A DNA stretch of 64,000 bases from the human T2T-CHM13v2.0 reference genome, Homo sapiens. Location of the stretch: the NCBI GenBank assembly GCA_009914755.4, contig CP068257.2:44384001-44448000 (forward strand), read 5' to 3'. A program made the translations under genes and the position numbers. Shown here one piece after another: positions 12,680 to 25,917 of the stretch (position 1 is its first letter; each line of letters starts with the position of its first letter). The notes beneath the pieces are model-generated. The model did not search any database, was not told where the DNA came from, and worked only from the letters and a program-made list of their open reading frames with translations.

Positions 12680-15379
12680 TCACTCTCTAGGCTGCTCCAC
12701 GCATATGAGCTGCAGCCATCCACTGCTGCGCTTTTTGTTAAGACAGCATTCCTAGGTCAGATCCCCACTACTTTTGCCTTCATGTTGCTTTTCTGTGGGT
12801 TCTGTCTCCTGTTCAGCATATTTATATATCTTTTGCCAGTTGGATCTGAGGTTTCCCCTAGGGCTTGCGTTTGATCTCTTCTCCCAGATGGTTCCCAAAT
12901 GTGGCGGAAAAGGCTGAGGTCAGCTGCCATAGTGCTGTTCAGACTTCCCTGTGGTAGAGCACGTACAGGATGGCTGAGCTGAGGCTTGCGATGTCTGAAC
13001 CACTCCAGGAGACTGAGGGGACAAGTACGGTAAGAAGTCCCAGACACACAATGGACTTCCCATGTGTCAAGCTGCCTCCCACTAACTGGGGGCACAGAAA
13101 TGACCCTGCAGACTCCAGGCACAAATCGGGAAGGGACCTGGAGCCATCACCTGGACTCGATGGTCGGCCATCTCCTCCAGGTGGCCTTCAGTCCCAACCT
13201 GAGCAGGCTTTCAGAGCAGAGGTCCTCTGCTGGCTTCACATGCATAATTTGGAGGTGGGAGAATCTTTAAAGATTCTGATGCCAGGCCCAACCCAGACCA
13301 AGTCACTCCCACCATCTGGGCTAGAGCCCAGGCCCAGCTAGCTGCCATTGACTTGGAGGAAAAGCAGCCCACAGGCTCAGGTCTGGGATGTTAGCATTCC
13401 TTACGTGATCTGGAAGCTACAAAAACCAAACAAAACACTTTGTTCAAACACCACATGGCGGAGGATGAGGGCCACTCGCAGCTGCGCACGAACATTCCTT
13501 CCGTGAGGGAGATGAGCTTCCTCGCGGCCTTTCTGGAGGACTCGGATTGGCAATACTTGCAATGTAACAATGTCTCCCAAACCAGCTTCCCGGAAAATGA
13601 AAAGCACTTCGGCATTCACCCTGGAGCAGGAGGAGCTTTCAAAACCTGCAACAGGCCCCAGAGCTCGAAGGCCCTCAAGGGTGGGGTTCTGGCTGCTGCC
13701 GTCCGTTCTGCTCCAGCCAGCGGTGAACTCAGTAGCCTCGGCGTCCCCAGAAACCCCGCCCTCGGAGCCTGGGCTCCCGCTTCCACGCTTGTTCCCCTGG
13801 GGTCCTGAGGGTGCCACCACACGGGGACAGGGGCTGCAGCGAGACAGCAAGTGCCTGGGGAGTCCGCACACACCACACGATAAGCAGCCGCAGACCCGGA
13901 GCTGAGGCTGTGGTCCCGAAGAGAAACCCTTCCCAGATTCCCCCAGGCTCCTAGTCCTTGCATCTCATTGGCTGGAGGGGCATCACGTGTGCATCTCTAA
14001 ACCAATCACAGGCTAGATGCACGGTGGCCTGGCTCCTGCTTGGCTCTGGATGTGCATTTCCAGTGATGTGGGGCTTCCAGCGGCATCCATGTTCATCCAC
14101 CTTGGGCTGCCCCTGCCTCACCCTCCCAGCTGAGTGGGAGCCTCTTTCTGGTCCAGAGCCTCCTGCTGGGCTGCTTGGTGACCGCCTGGCTTGGGCCACC
14201 TGGGCCTGCTGGTGGCGGTTTGCACAGCTGGGGCTGTGTAGTCCCCAGCGGCTGGCCAGACAGGCTGTGCCTGCTCTCACTGGACCCATGGGGTAACTGA
14301 GGCACAGGGCCGGGATCCAAACGCAGCACCGGGTCCACAGCCGGCGGTGTTGATGACTCCACTGAGCAGGTGGTTGGTCCCAGCTTGGAGTCGTCTGCGT
14401 CTGCCCCCTCCTCTGGGGAATCGGGGGTGATGGCATCACCCACACCCGTGTGGACGGTGTTGCAGGCTGTTACCTCACACGCCTCAATGTCCTGGTTCAG
14501 CCACCTTCTGAAGTGGATCCTCTGCCTTCCCATGTGTCGCAGATGAGGCAGTGAGGCACAGAGAGGTCAAAGGTGCCCACCCAAACAAACGCGGCTAGAG
14601 TTGAGGAGCCAGTGTCCGCAATCCAGGGTGACTGCATTCCGAGCACCACGCCGTCCACCTGTGCGGACGCGTCCGCGCTCTAGGGTGAGCTTCAGGATGG
14701 TGTCCAGGCCAGGCCTGTCCGTTATGTGTGGTTATGGCAAGTCTTTCCTAACTGTCCAGAGTTTTGATGGACTCAAGCTCTCTCAATATCAGGAACTTTA
14801 AAAAAGGAAAGAGTCCACCCAGGTCTGAATGTAGATGTTCCTGATGTGAGCAAAGAAAAAAGGAAACCCCAGGAGGGGAAGCTTATAATTTTCACCTCAG
14901 TGGCCAGGACCAGGGCAGTGTGGGCTGCGGAGGGTGACTGCAAGGCCTGGGGTCTCCAGGATGACTTAGGAGCCATAAAACTTCCTCCGCTCGGTTTCTG
15001 TCGTCACCGGTCTGCTTTGCTGCAGTGACAGGCAGTAAAACTCTTATCTTCAAAATGCCTTGTCTAAAAGGCAGCCAAGAAAGGAAAACCAGGGAAATGC
15101 ATCCCATTCATGCTGATGTCAAAAGAAGAGGCGATTCCAGAAAAAAAGCCTTTGAAGGAGCAAGATAATGGAAACACAGCTTAACATGTGGTCCGGGACT
15201 TAGCATGGGAAAGGCGTCACTTTTCCAGAAGCATCTGGTTCAAAGTGTTGGTGTCATGTGAGAAGAACCAGCATAATACTGGACAGGGGTCTTGTGGGCA
15301 GGCTGTGAGGGGCTCTACATGACATGCTTGCTCCCTCATGCCTTACACTGCAGTGCTGAGTACCCTAAGACCTGAACCC

Positions 15380-16262
15380 AGAAATATCTGCATGTGGACC
15401 CAAAGGTATGGGTCAAAAGTGTGAAATGAAACAGTATTTTAAAGAATTAAAACTAGAAACAAAGATAATATCCATCAGCAGGGAATGGCTAAATAAATTC
15501 CAGCATATTCATACTGGAGAATAACATGCAGCCACTAAAAAGAATGGGAGAGCATCAGGGAAGTACAAGTTAAGACTTTATGAGGCCCTATCACATACCC
15601 AACAGAGTGACAGCACTCTAAAAAGGCTGATAATACCAAATGTGGTGAGGACGTGAAACAACTGGAACTTTCATACACTCCTGGAATGCGAAGTGATTCC
15701 ATCATGTGGGAAAATAGGCAATTTCTGTTAAAGCTATATATACATCTCTTCATGATACAATCATTTCACCCTAAGCAAAGTTAGAAAAATCAGTGAAATG
15801 TCCAACAAAAATTCACAGCGACTTCATTGATAACAAGCCAAAAACTTGAAGCAACTCAATTGTCTATCACTTGGCTAATGGAGAAATAATTGTAGTGTAA
15901 TTCATCAATGGAATAGTATACAACAATAAAAAGAATAAGCAATAGAGACACATGACAGTATGGATGAATCTCACAGACATTATTTGAGCAAAAGAAGTCA
16001 GGCACAGTAGAGTACATACTACACACTTCCAATTATTAAACTTAAGAACCGGAAAAATCCAAACCATGATGCTAGAAATGAAAATAATGGTTTTCTCTGG
16101 GAGACAATATTGACTGGGAAGAATAATGATGGAAATGTTCTATATCTCGATATGAGCAGTGGTCACACAGTGTAAATATATCTAAAATTTATTGAGCTAT
16201 ACAATTGAGATTTGGGCATTTTGCCATATGTAAGTTATTCCTCAATTTTTTAAAAAAAGAAG
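15380..16262 (+). mobile_element. LINE-1 3'-end fragment (old L1M), ends in an A-rich tail
   Basis: AAATGTGGTGAGGACGTGAAACAACTGGAACTTTCATACACTCCTGGAATGC, GATGAATGGATAAAC-like segments, a GTTGCCAGGGG-type 3' UTR and terminal TTTTTTAAAAAAAGAAGACAAGG. Confidence 0.75.
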
Positions 16263-16289
16263 ACAAGGAAAGTTAATGATTAACTTTGA

Positions 16290-19200
16290 TTTTTTTATTT
16301 TTTATTGTGCTTTTAGTACTCTACCAATAATGAAAAGGCATTACGTCTGTTTGAAAAACAAAGTATAAGTGTTTAAAGCTCTAAATTATAAGGTAAACCT
16401 ATTTGTGTTCACATGAAAAAAATCCATGACACACTTTGACTGGAAAAAGAAAGTAGCAGAATGCCAGATACAGGAGAGTTCTGCTTTATATTAACATGAG
16501 AAAGACTTTGTTCCCATGAGAACAACAAGAGAAACTCAAACAAAATTAAAATTGTACTTTTCTAAAAGACCGGGGTGGGGGTCGTGGTCAGGCAGCGGCA
16601 TGAAGAAAGCCTTGAGAACTGAATTCCAGAAAGAAACAAGCATAGGCAAGAAAGAGAGATGACAGCTCCCAGGCTTCCTACTGAGGTCTGAGGAGGATCG
16701 GCCTGCTGTGGATAAGAAACTTTATGGGGACAAAGTGCTGTCTGCTGAACTTTGGGTGGCAGTATGAACTGATGGGACAAATTGGAGTCTAGAAAAGCCA
16801 CAAAGGCAAGGATAGAGCACATAACCTGAGCAATTCACCTTCCCCACTCCAAGTTTTGACATAAACATAGCAGTGGAGGAAGGGTGGCTAAGCAGAAATA
16901 AACCATAAGATCTCATACTTGCTGTGATTAATGGATTCCACACCCCTGCCTGAGTTGAAACTGCAACCAGCCCCCTCTAAGACCAAACACTGACAAGTCT
17001 GAAAAACTCTATCTCAGGAATTTGAAGTTGAGTAATCACAGGTTAAAGCTGCAATTTTTTTTTTTCTCAAGGAGATTCTAGGAGAAAGCTGAGTGATTGG
17101 CTTCTCACCCTCACTACATTCTGAGGAAAGGAAATGCATGTCTAAGGAACCAAAACAAAAATGCTTCAATCTTCATTGTTCATTTATACACAATGTGCCA
17201 AACAACAAAAATATATAAAACATGCAAGTAAGTGAAAATGTATGGTTTATACTTAGAAGAAAACAAAATCTCTAGAAGGAGATGATTATCAGATGAACCA
17301 GTAATTGGGAAGAGAAAATACTAAAACAATTATTTCAAATGTGGGTGAACAAATGGTATATTTCAAAAGATGAATGTGAATACTAATAGACCATATGAAA
17401 GAAAAAAATCAATGGGTGGGCTTCAATTGTATAATGCAGAAGAAAGAATCACGAACTTGAAGGTCACTGGAAAGTATTCAAACTTTTTCCTCAAGACAAA
17501 GGAAAAAGATTTTTCAAAATATGAACAGAACTTCTGCAAAATGCGGGATTATAACAAGAAGTCTGAAATATAAGAATTTGGGATCTAAAAATGAGAGAGA
17601 GAAAATGGAAGACAAAAATATCTGAAGAATTAACAGTTTAGATAAAATGGATAAAAACCTTGAAAAACAGACCTTATCAAAACTAACCCAAGAATGAACA
17701 GAAAATCTGAAATAGAATTTATACTTAAAAACTTTCTAAAAAAGAAGACTTCTGATTCAAAACCTACAGACCAATATCCCTCGTGAGCATAAATTTAAAA
17801 ATTAACAAAATGTTAGCAAATCAAACAACAATACATTAAAAGAGGTAATGTGTCATGACCAAGTGGAGTTTACTCCAGGAATGTAATTCAAAAATCAATA
17901 AAAATTTTTCACCACATTAATAGGTTAAAGGACAACATTCACAAGATCATCTAAATAAATTCATTTAAAACTTTGGGACAAAATTTAATATCTGTTCATA
18001 ATAACAACTGTCAAGACACACGGAATAGACAGTGACATCTTCAACTTGTAAAATTACAGATAATACCATACTTTATAAGGAAATGCTGAATGTTTTCAAC
18101 CCAAGATTGGGAACAGGGCAAGGATGTTGGCGTTTATTATGTCTATTCAATGTTTGTACTACCGAAGAGCAATAAGGCAAGAAAACTAAAATTCATAAAG
18201 ATAGGAAAGGAAAATGTAGACCTATTTGTTCATAGAGAACATGATTGTGTACATAGAAAATCCTAAGTATCAACAACAACAAATTACTAGAGCTAGTAAG
18301 TGAATTAAGCAAGAACTCAGGATACAAAGTCAATATACAATCATCAAATGAATTTTTATGCACTAGCAAACAACAGTTGGAAAGCTGAAACCATTTAATG
18401 GAAAAAACACCATTAGTAGCATCAAAATAAAATAATATTACAATATTTAGGATTAACTTTAATGAAAGATGCACAAGAACTGTTCACAGAAAACTATAAA
18501 ACATTATTGAGAAAAATTCAAGACTTAAATGAAGATATGTTCATGTTCATGGACTGGAAGGGTACATACTGTTAAGATGTCAATTCTCCCCTTTTCTTTT
18601 TTTCTTTTTTGAGACAGAGTTTTACTCTGTCAGCCAGGCTGGAGTGCAGCTCACTGCAACTTCTGCCTCCCAGGTTCAAGCGATTCTCATGCCTCAGCCT
18701 CCCGAGTAGCTGGGACTACAGGCACACACCACCATGCCTGGCTAATTTTTGTATTTTTAGTAGAGATGGGGTTTCGCCATGTTGGCCTGGCTGGTCTCGA
18801 ACTCCTTGCCTCAAGTGATCTGCCCGCCTTGGCCTCCCAAAGTTCTAGGATTATAGGTGTGAGCCACCGTACCTGGCCCCTCCCAAAATTAATATACAGA
18901 TTCAATGCAATCTCAATCAAAATCACAGCCAGCTTTTTAAGAACAGAAAGTCACAAGTTGATTCTAAAATTTACATGAAAATGCAAAGGACCTAGTAGAC
19001 AAGAATTTTTGGAAAAGAATAACAAAATCAAAGATTTTACACTACCTGAATTCAGAACTTAGTAAAGCACTGGTAATTATGAGAGTGTAGTATTGGTGTA
19101 AAGGCAGATAAATAGATCAGTGGAACAGAATGTAGTTCAAAATGGACCAACACTTACATAGCCAGTTTATTTTCAACTAAGCCACCAAAGCAATTCAATG

Positions 19201-19310
19201 GGGAAAAGAAAGTCTTTTCAACAGACTGTGCTTGAAAAACTGGTTAACTATTAGGGACAAATATTTATCTTGATGCCTGCCTCACAACATACATAAAAAA
19301 TTAATTCAAG
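16290..19310 (+). mobile_element. LINE-1 5' portion (ORF1 region, inter-ORF spacer, ORF2 endonuclease/RT N-terminal), old L1M, interrupted by a nested Alu at 18592-18878
   Basis: ORF2-like motifs read in +: ACTAACCCAAGAATGAACAGAAAATCTGAAATAG, CCTACAGACCAATATCCCTCGTGAGCATAAAT, CATGACCAAGTGGAGTTTACTCCAGGAATG, ACTGTTAAGATGTCAATTCTCCCC and ACAGATTCAATGCAATCTCAATCAAAATCACAGCCAGC. Confidence 0.75.
18592..18878 (-). mobile_element. Alu nested inside L1 ORF2
   Basis: TTTTTGAGACAGAGTTTTACTCTGTCAGCCAGGCTGGAGTGCAGCTCACTGCAAC..CCTCCCAAAGTTCTAGGATTATAGGTGTGAGCCACCGTACCTGGCC. L1 sequence continues on both sides. Confidence 0.9.
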
Positions 19311-19440
19311 CTGGCACAGTGGTGCATTCCTGTAGTCCCAGATACTCGAGAGGCTGAGGCAAGAGGCTTCCTTGAGCCCAGGAATTTGAGTCCAGCCTAG
19401 GCAACATAGCAAGACACCATCTCTAAAAAAATTTTTTTTT
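19310..19440 (+). mobile_element. Alu monomer-like element (FLAM/FRAM-like)
   Basis: GCTGGCACAGTGGTGCATTCCTGTAGTCCCAGATACTCGAGAGGCTGAGGCAAGAGG..GAGCCCAGGAATTTGAGTCCAGCCTAGGCAACATAGCAAGACACCATCTCTAAAAAAA. Confidence 0.7.
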
Positions 19441-21888
19441 AAGTTTTTTAGCTAAAAAGTTTTTCCCTCCTGTCTTGAACTTGCAAATTCAGCCCTAAAT
19501 ATGTAGTGTTTGGCATGTGGCTTCCAGGCCAGATGTGACCCCAGTGAGGTTATCACAGAGCTCAGGGAACATTTTCAAAACATAATCCAGAATCTGACAT
19601 CTCTTATAAACAGCTTTCATTTAAGGGGAATCTGCTGGATAGAGGACGGTTTGGCCTGCCAGGATTTTTGTAAGAGATTTGGTCTCTTCCTTTGCTCCGA
19701 GCTTTCTCCAGCTATGTTGGCATTAACCTCAGTTGGGCCACAGAACCAGTGTTACATACCCAGAGAAGCAACTAGGTCAATGGGGCAGCTGAAACCCACA
19801 CATCAAAAGGGTTAAGTCAGTGCTTTTTATGTGAATTAATTGTCTTTTTGGAGCCCTTCTTCAAAATTGTTTTTTTAATCCACTGTGTAACACCCTGCCT
19901 TTAAGCAATAATGAAGCAAACAGGCATTATTCATAGCAGCAACCAAAGTCCACTAGGAGACTGCCATTCACCCCAGTGCTGGAGGAACCCAGCTGACCCC
20001 CACAACAGCAAATAGTAAAACCTCACCCTCATTCTTCAGCACTTTCTCAGGGATTTCTGAGGAACATTACTGGGACACTCTGGAATGAAATCACAAAGTA
20101 AGCCAGGGACTGAGCATCTGGCTGTCTTCCTTCTATAAATCTCACTGCCAGAAAAATAAAGGAGGTAGCTAAAACTGCAACCCAATCCACCTGTGGTGAA
20201 AGTAGAGACCTGACCCATCTCCCAACCAGTGATGCACTCAGGGCTGTAAATACTTGTGGGGAAGCTAATCTCTCCCCCATCTCCTCTCTCAGCCCCTGAC
20301 AATTTGGTATCTGGGTGGCTTTAGTTTAGTTGTTTGCAGTCCCACATCACCAGCCTCAACCCCCTATCAGCAAGCTCGCACCAAAGCACCTGCCCTGCAT
20401 CTACTATGTACAGACATCTCCATATGCCCCATAAAGATGATGATGATATCTTCATTTTACAAATGAGCAAAGTAAGACTGAGAGATATTGGGTCATTTGT
20501 TCAAGACTGCACAAAAATCAGTGATGATTTGGATTCAAATCCAGGCCTGCCCAGCTCCAAAGTCTGTTCTCTTTCAAACAAACACGTCATTCTCCCTGAC
20601 ACTCCATTATCAACAATGATTAAAAAAGAAAGACTCCATGACCTCATGAGTGTACAGCCAATTAGGGAAGAAAGAGCATCATTATGTGGTGAAGTCCCCT
20701 GGTTGCTCTCGCCATCCACATTATCTAAGACCACAGTTGTGGGAAGAGGGGCGGCACCACAGGAGAGCACTTAGTGAGTCGTCCAGGGGCCTCGGTTCTC
20801 ATTCTGGCTCTGTGCCAACCTTAAGTGTGATCTCAAGGAGCTCACTCACTTTCCTTACCTCAGATATAAAGCAGAGTCCAAGTTTTAAGCAGAAAAAATA
20901 GCACCCAACCCCCTGTCCCCCCTCCACACACACTCATACATTAGAGTTTAACTACAGAACCTCAGGGATAAGGATGGAATAACCTGCAAAGGAACAATTA
21001 GATCAACAGCAGACTTCTCATCCAGATGAATAGAATCAAGAAAACAATGAAGAAATAGCTCCAACTACAACCTATTTTATACCCAGCTAAGGTTTTACTC
21101 AAGAGTGAAGGTATAATAAGAATAATTGAATGTGTCCTAAAAGAATGAACTGTTGTTTTAAACTGGACTTTAGAAAAACTATAGTGGGCTCAGAACAATG
21201 TCTCCAGGCAGCAGAGAGCTCTCAAAGCAAGAAAGGTCCTCAGGGCAAAAATAAAACCCAGGTCATTGTCAGCAAAATGTAGTCTCAGAGTAAAGATGAA
21301 GCCACACATCTGACACAAAATTATTGTTAAGATTTTTGGTAGCTGGAAGTTGGATTCTGCTGAAAAAAAAAAAACCTGAAATTTTGTTAATTTGGGAAGT
21401 AGACAGCGGGCAGAAATCTGATGGGCCTTGATAAGGCTACTGGTTAGAGTTTAAAGAGAAGTAATTAAAATGTTCTTGGAAGTGGAGATAAAGGGAGTTC
21501 TTGTTACATGGTGTGGAAGTTTGGCAACACTGTCACCTGAGGGAACATGGAAAATAGAAAATATTCCTAATAAACTGATGACCTAGCTAAGGCAATTTCT
21601 GGGCAGGGGGTGTTGAAGATGCTTCCTGGATTCTTTCAGCTGCCTGTAATAAAATTCAAGAGCAAAGAGGTGAACTGAGAAACTTTTCAATTTTCAAGTA
21701 AAATTTAGAGAAATTATAGAGGAACAGTCTGTCTTGCCAGAATATGATTCTCAAAGTAAAATCAAGCTTAAGGATAAAAATCAAATCCAGGTCACTGTTC
21801 AGATAACATGGTCTCAGAGTAATATAAAACCAAGGATAGGACTATTTTAAATAGGGTCTTAAGAGGTCCCTAGTTAAGACCTCTGCTG

Positions 21889-22212
21889 TGGTCTGAATGT
21901 GTTCCACAAAATTCATGTGTTGGCAAATTGGTCCCCAGTGCGGTGGTGCTGGGAGGTGGGGCCTGTTGGGAGGTGTTTAGGTCATGAGGGCTCTATCCTC
22001 ATGAATGCATCTGTGTTGTAAAAAGGGCTTTGGGGAGTGGATTTCCCTTCCACTCTCCACCGTGTAAGGACACTGCACGAAGCCCTTCACCAGATTCTGG
22101 TGCCTTGATCATGGACTTCTCAGCCTCCAGAATTGTAGGAAATAAATTTCTGATCTTTATAAATTACAGTCTGTGGCATTTGTTATAGCAGCACAAAAGG
22201 ACTAAAGACAGC
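21889..22212 (+). mobile_element. MaLR LTR (MST/THE1-like), + orientation. Possible MaLR internal sequence upstream at about 21170-21888
   Basis: TGTGGTCTGAATGTGTTCCACAAAATTCATGTGTTGGCAAATTGGTCCCCAGTGCGGTGGTGCTGGGAGGTGGGGCCT..CCAGAATTGTAGGAAATAAATTTCTGATCTTTATAAATTACAGTCTGTGGCATTTGTTATAGCAGCACAAAAGGACTAAAGACA. Confidence 0.7.
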
Positions 22213-22321
22213 CTCAGAAATATTTAAAGTAATGCCTCAAAGACCATTTCAAATAAGTGACTTTCTAAGGATCGTACAGATGTGCCTTTTATGTTAACCA
22301 ATAGATATTCTAAGAATCTGA

Positions 22322-22684
<363 letters not shown>

Positions 22685-23189
22685 AGGTATGGCTTTTATC
22701 TAATGCAATTTATATAAACTAAAACCCACAATATTTCTAAAGGAATCATATCAACTTTATCTAAAAGGAACAGAGACGATACCAACTTACAAGAAGTCTT
22801 TGGGCCCCTGCACTTCTACAAGAAGGAAGTAGATAAAACAACAACAAACCTCAGCTGCAAACACTGGTCATTTCTTATGAAAGATAAAAGATGACTCCGA
22901 GGGTCACAGAAGCACTCAGAGAACAGAGCTGTGGCACGTGTCAGTACCTCACTTCCGGCTGTGGGTGAGTAACAGTTTACTCTGCGGCTACACCACATCG
23001 CGTTCGTCCATTCACCAATCGATGGGCACCTATCAGCTGAGTGATGCTGCTGTGCCTTTGTGTGAGCGTGTGGTGGTTGTTTTCAGTTCTCTTGGCCTGG
23101 GCCTAGGAGAGGAAGAGCTGGGTGTCCTTTAGCGCAGCTGTCTTGGTGAACGCGAAGCAGTACCTCACTGTGGTGTTTCCTGACATTTC

Positions 23190-23950
23190 CCTGACGTCTA
23201 ACAACGTCGAAGACGTTTCCACATGTGGATTAGCAGTTTGTAAGTCTTCTTTGGAGCAGTGTCTCGCCGAGTCCTTTGTTCACTTCTAAAGTGGGTTCTT
23301 GGTCTTCTTATTACAGGGTTGTAGCAATTCTTCATATATCCTGGATTATAGACTGTTATGACATATGTGATTTGCAAATGTTTTTCCTATTTTGTGAGTT
23401 ATATTTTAATTTTCTCAAGTGCCTTCAGAAGGACAGAATGTTTGATTTTTACGAAGCCTGATTTATCTTTTTTTTTTTTTTTTGTAGCTTGTGCTTTTGA
23501 TGTCATTGCTAATGAACCATTACCTAATCCAAGGTCCTGATGATGGCTGCCTCTGTGTTTTCTATGAGGTTTAGGTCATTGATTCATCTAAGTTAATTTC
23601 TGCATCTGGTGTGAGGTGGAACATAAATCCATGCTTTTGCACATGACTATGCAGTTGACCCCCCACCGTTTGTCAAATAGACTTTCTCTCCCATTGAATG
23701 TGCATCACCCTTGCTGAAAATCAACGGACTACAAGTGTGAAGGTTTGTCTCTGGACCCTACTCTGTTCCGTTTTTCCGTGTGTCCGTCCTTAAGCCAGCA
23801 CCATGCCACCCTGATTACTGTGGCTTTGAAACTGGGACGTGTGAGTGACCCAAATTGGTTCTTACTTTTCCAGATGGTTTTGACAATGCTGCGTTCCTTG
23901 AATTTCCAACAGTGGGATCATACTTCACAATGAGATTTGGAGGAGACACA
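23190..23950 (+). mobile_element. LINE-1 3'-region fragment (old), + orientation
   Basis: CATATATCCTGGATTATAGAC, TTTGCAAATGTTTTTCCTATTTTGTGAGTT, TTGTAGCTTGTGCTTTTGATGTCATTGCTAATGAACCATTACCTAATCCAAGGTCCTGA, CCAGCACCATGCCACCCTGATTACTGTGGCTTTGAAACTGGGACGTGTGAGTGACC and TGGTTTTGACAATGCTGCGTTCCTTGAATTTCCA match L1 3'-half segments. Confidence 0.75.
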
Positions 23951-24360
23951 CATCCACCACATAGCTTAGGAGAAGGGGCTGCAAGCCACGGACACAGGCA
24001 GAAGCTGGGCTCGGAGCTGGAGCTGGAAAAGGCGAGGACAGGGGTTCTCCCTGGAGCCCCAGGAGGGGATGGAGCCTGTAGGCACTTTGGTTTTAGTCCA
24101 GTGAGACCCACGTGGACTTTCATTGCAATGTAAACTAATAGATTTGTGTTGTCTTAGCTTTTATATTTACTTCCTAACTTCTTTTGGATAACAAAGAGGT
24201 TATCCAAAAGATCCATAACCATCTGAAAAGTGCTTAAAACCATTAGTTATCAGGAAAATATACATTTAAAATTACAACGAGTTACCACTACACACTCACC
24301 AAAATGTTCAAAATTAAACCATCAGTACAAGCGTTGGAAGCATACAGAACCACCAAACAC

Positions 24361-24920
24361 CGGGCTTGGGAGGGGGCAGCTGACACACCCAGTCCCGGGC
24401 CTCGGAGAGGGCGGCTGACACCCCCAGTCCCGGGCCTCGGAGGGGGCGGCTGACACCCCCAGTCCCGGGCCTCGGAGGGGGCGGCTGACACCCCCAGTCC
24501 CGGGCCTCGGAGGGGGCGGCTGACACCCCCAGTCCCGGGCCTCGGAGGGGGCGGCTGACACCCCCAGTCCCGGGCCTCGGAGGGGGCGGCTGACACCCCC
24601 AGTCCCGGGCCTCGGAGGGGGCGGCTGACACCCCCAGTCCCGGGCCTCGGAGGGGGCGGCTGACACCCCCAGTCCCGGGCCTCGGAGGGGGCGGCTGACA
24701 CCCCCAGTCCCGGGCCTCGGAGGGGGCGGCTGACACCCCCAGTCCCGGGCCTCGGAGGGGGCGGCTGACACCCCCAGTCCCGGGCCTCGGAGGGGGCGGC
24801 TGACACCCCCAGTCCCGGGCCTCGGAGGGGGCGGCTGACACCCCCAGTCCCGGGCCTCGGAGGGGGCGGCTGACACCCCCAGTCCCGGGCCTCGGAGGGG
24901 GCGGCTGACACCCCCAGTCC
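24361..24920. repeat. Minisatellite, 37-bp unit x ~15 (GGGGGCGGCTGACACCCCCAGTCCCGGGCCTCGGAGG)
   Basis: CCCGGGCCTCGGA recurs every 37 bp (24392, 24429, 24466 and onward). The 175-213 aa minus-strand ORFs repeat every 37 aa, equal to 3 units, so they are artefacts. Confidence 0.95.
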
Positions 24921-25241
24921 CTTTGGCAAACCGCTTCGCAGTATCCACTGACGCTAAGTACCCCTCTGACGATGACGCAGTCCCATGTCTAGGTATTTAT
25001 GCAACAGAAACCTGTGCTTGGGTCACATGAGGACCCGTCACGAGTGTTCAGAGCAGCCTGAACCTGACAGCAGCCACCAGAGCTGGACCGACCGGCGGTG
25101 CTGCAGCCGCGGACCACTCCTCCACAATAAAAGCACTGTGAGGCTCACGTGGTGTCGATGAACATGGAGAATCCAGACACAAAACAGTGCCTGCGGTGCC
25201 GTCCGTCGACATCAGCTCTGAGACGGGCAAGGCCTAGTCCA

Positions 25242-25602
25242 GGAGGCAGCACGGGGTGCGGGGGGGGACCCACAGAGAGGCAGCACGGGGTCCAGGAGGC
25301 AGCACGGGGTGTGGGGGGTACCCAACGCGGAGGCACCACGGGGTGCCGGGGGGGACCCAACGCGGAGGCAGCACGGGGTGTGGGGGGGACCCAACGCGGA
25401 GGCAGCACGGGGTGTGGGGGGGACCCAACGCGGAGGCAGCACGCGGTGCCGGGGGGACCCACATGGAGGCAGCACGGGATGCCGGGGGGACCCACATGGA
25501 GGCAGCACGCGGTGCCGGGGGGACCCACATGGAGGCAGCACGGGGTGCCGGGGGGACCCACATGGAGGCAGCACGCGGTGCCGGGGGGACCCAACGCGGA
25601 GC
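25242..25602. repeat. Minisatellite, ~33-34-bp unit x ~11 (GGAGGCAGCACGGGGTGTGGGGGGGACCCAACGC and CACATG variants)
   Basis: GGAGGCAGCACGGGGTG recurs directly. The ORFs on both strands (127-175 aa) are repeat translations. Confidence 0.9.
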
Positions 25603-25917
25603 GGACTCGCAGGGCCTGTGCTTTTTCCTTTGGAAATGAGATCTCGGTTTTAAAATAGTCACAGATATCCACTAAGAATTCATTCCCTTGAAGTCCAGTA
25701 ACTCCTGTTAGGGATATTTATCAACAAGCCAGCGTGGAATGTAAATATTTACTCAATCTCTGGAAGCCGTGTAATCACCAGGTGTTTGTAAGGATTCCCA
25801 CTGACGGGAGATTAGAAGGGACTTTGGTTCGATTCTCTGTGCCAGGGATGACCCTGAAGAGGCCCCTGAGGAAGCGAAACCCTCCCCTGCCCAGCTGCAG
25901 AAGGATCGCGCCGCCGG

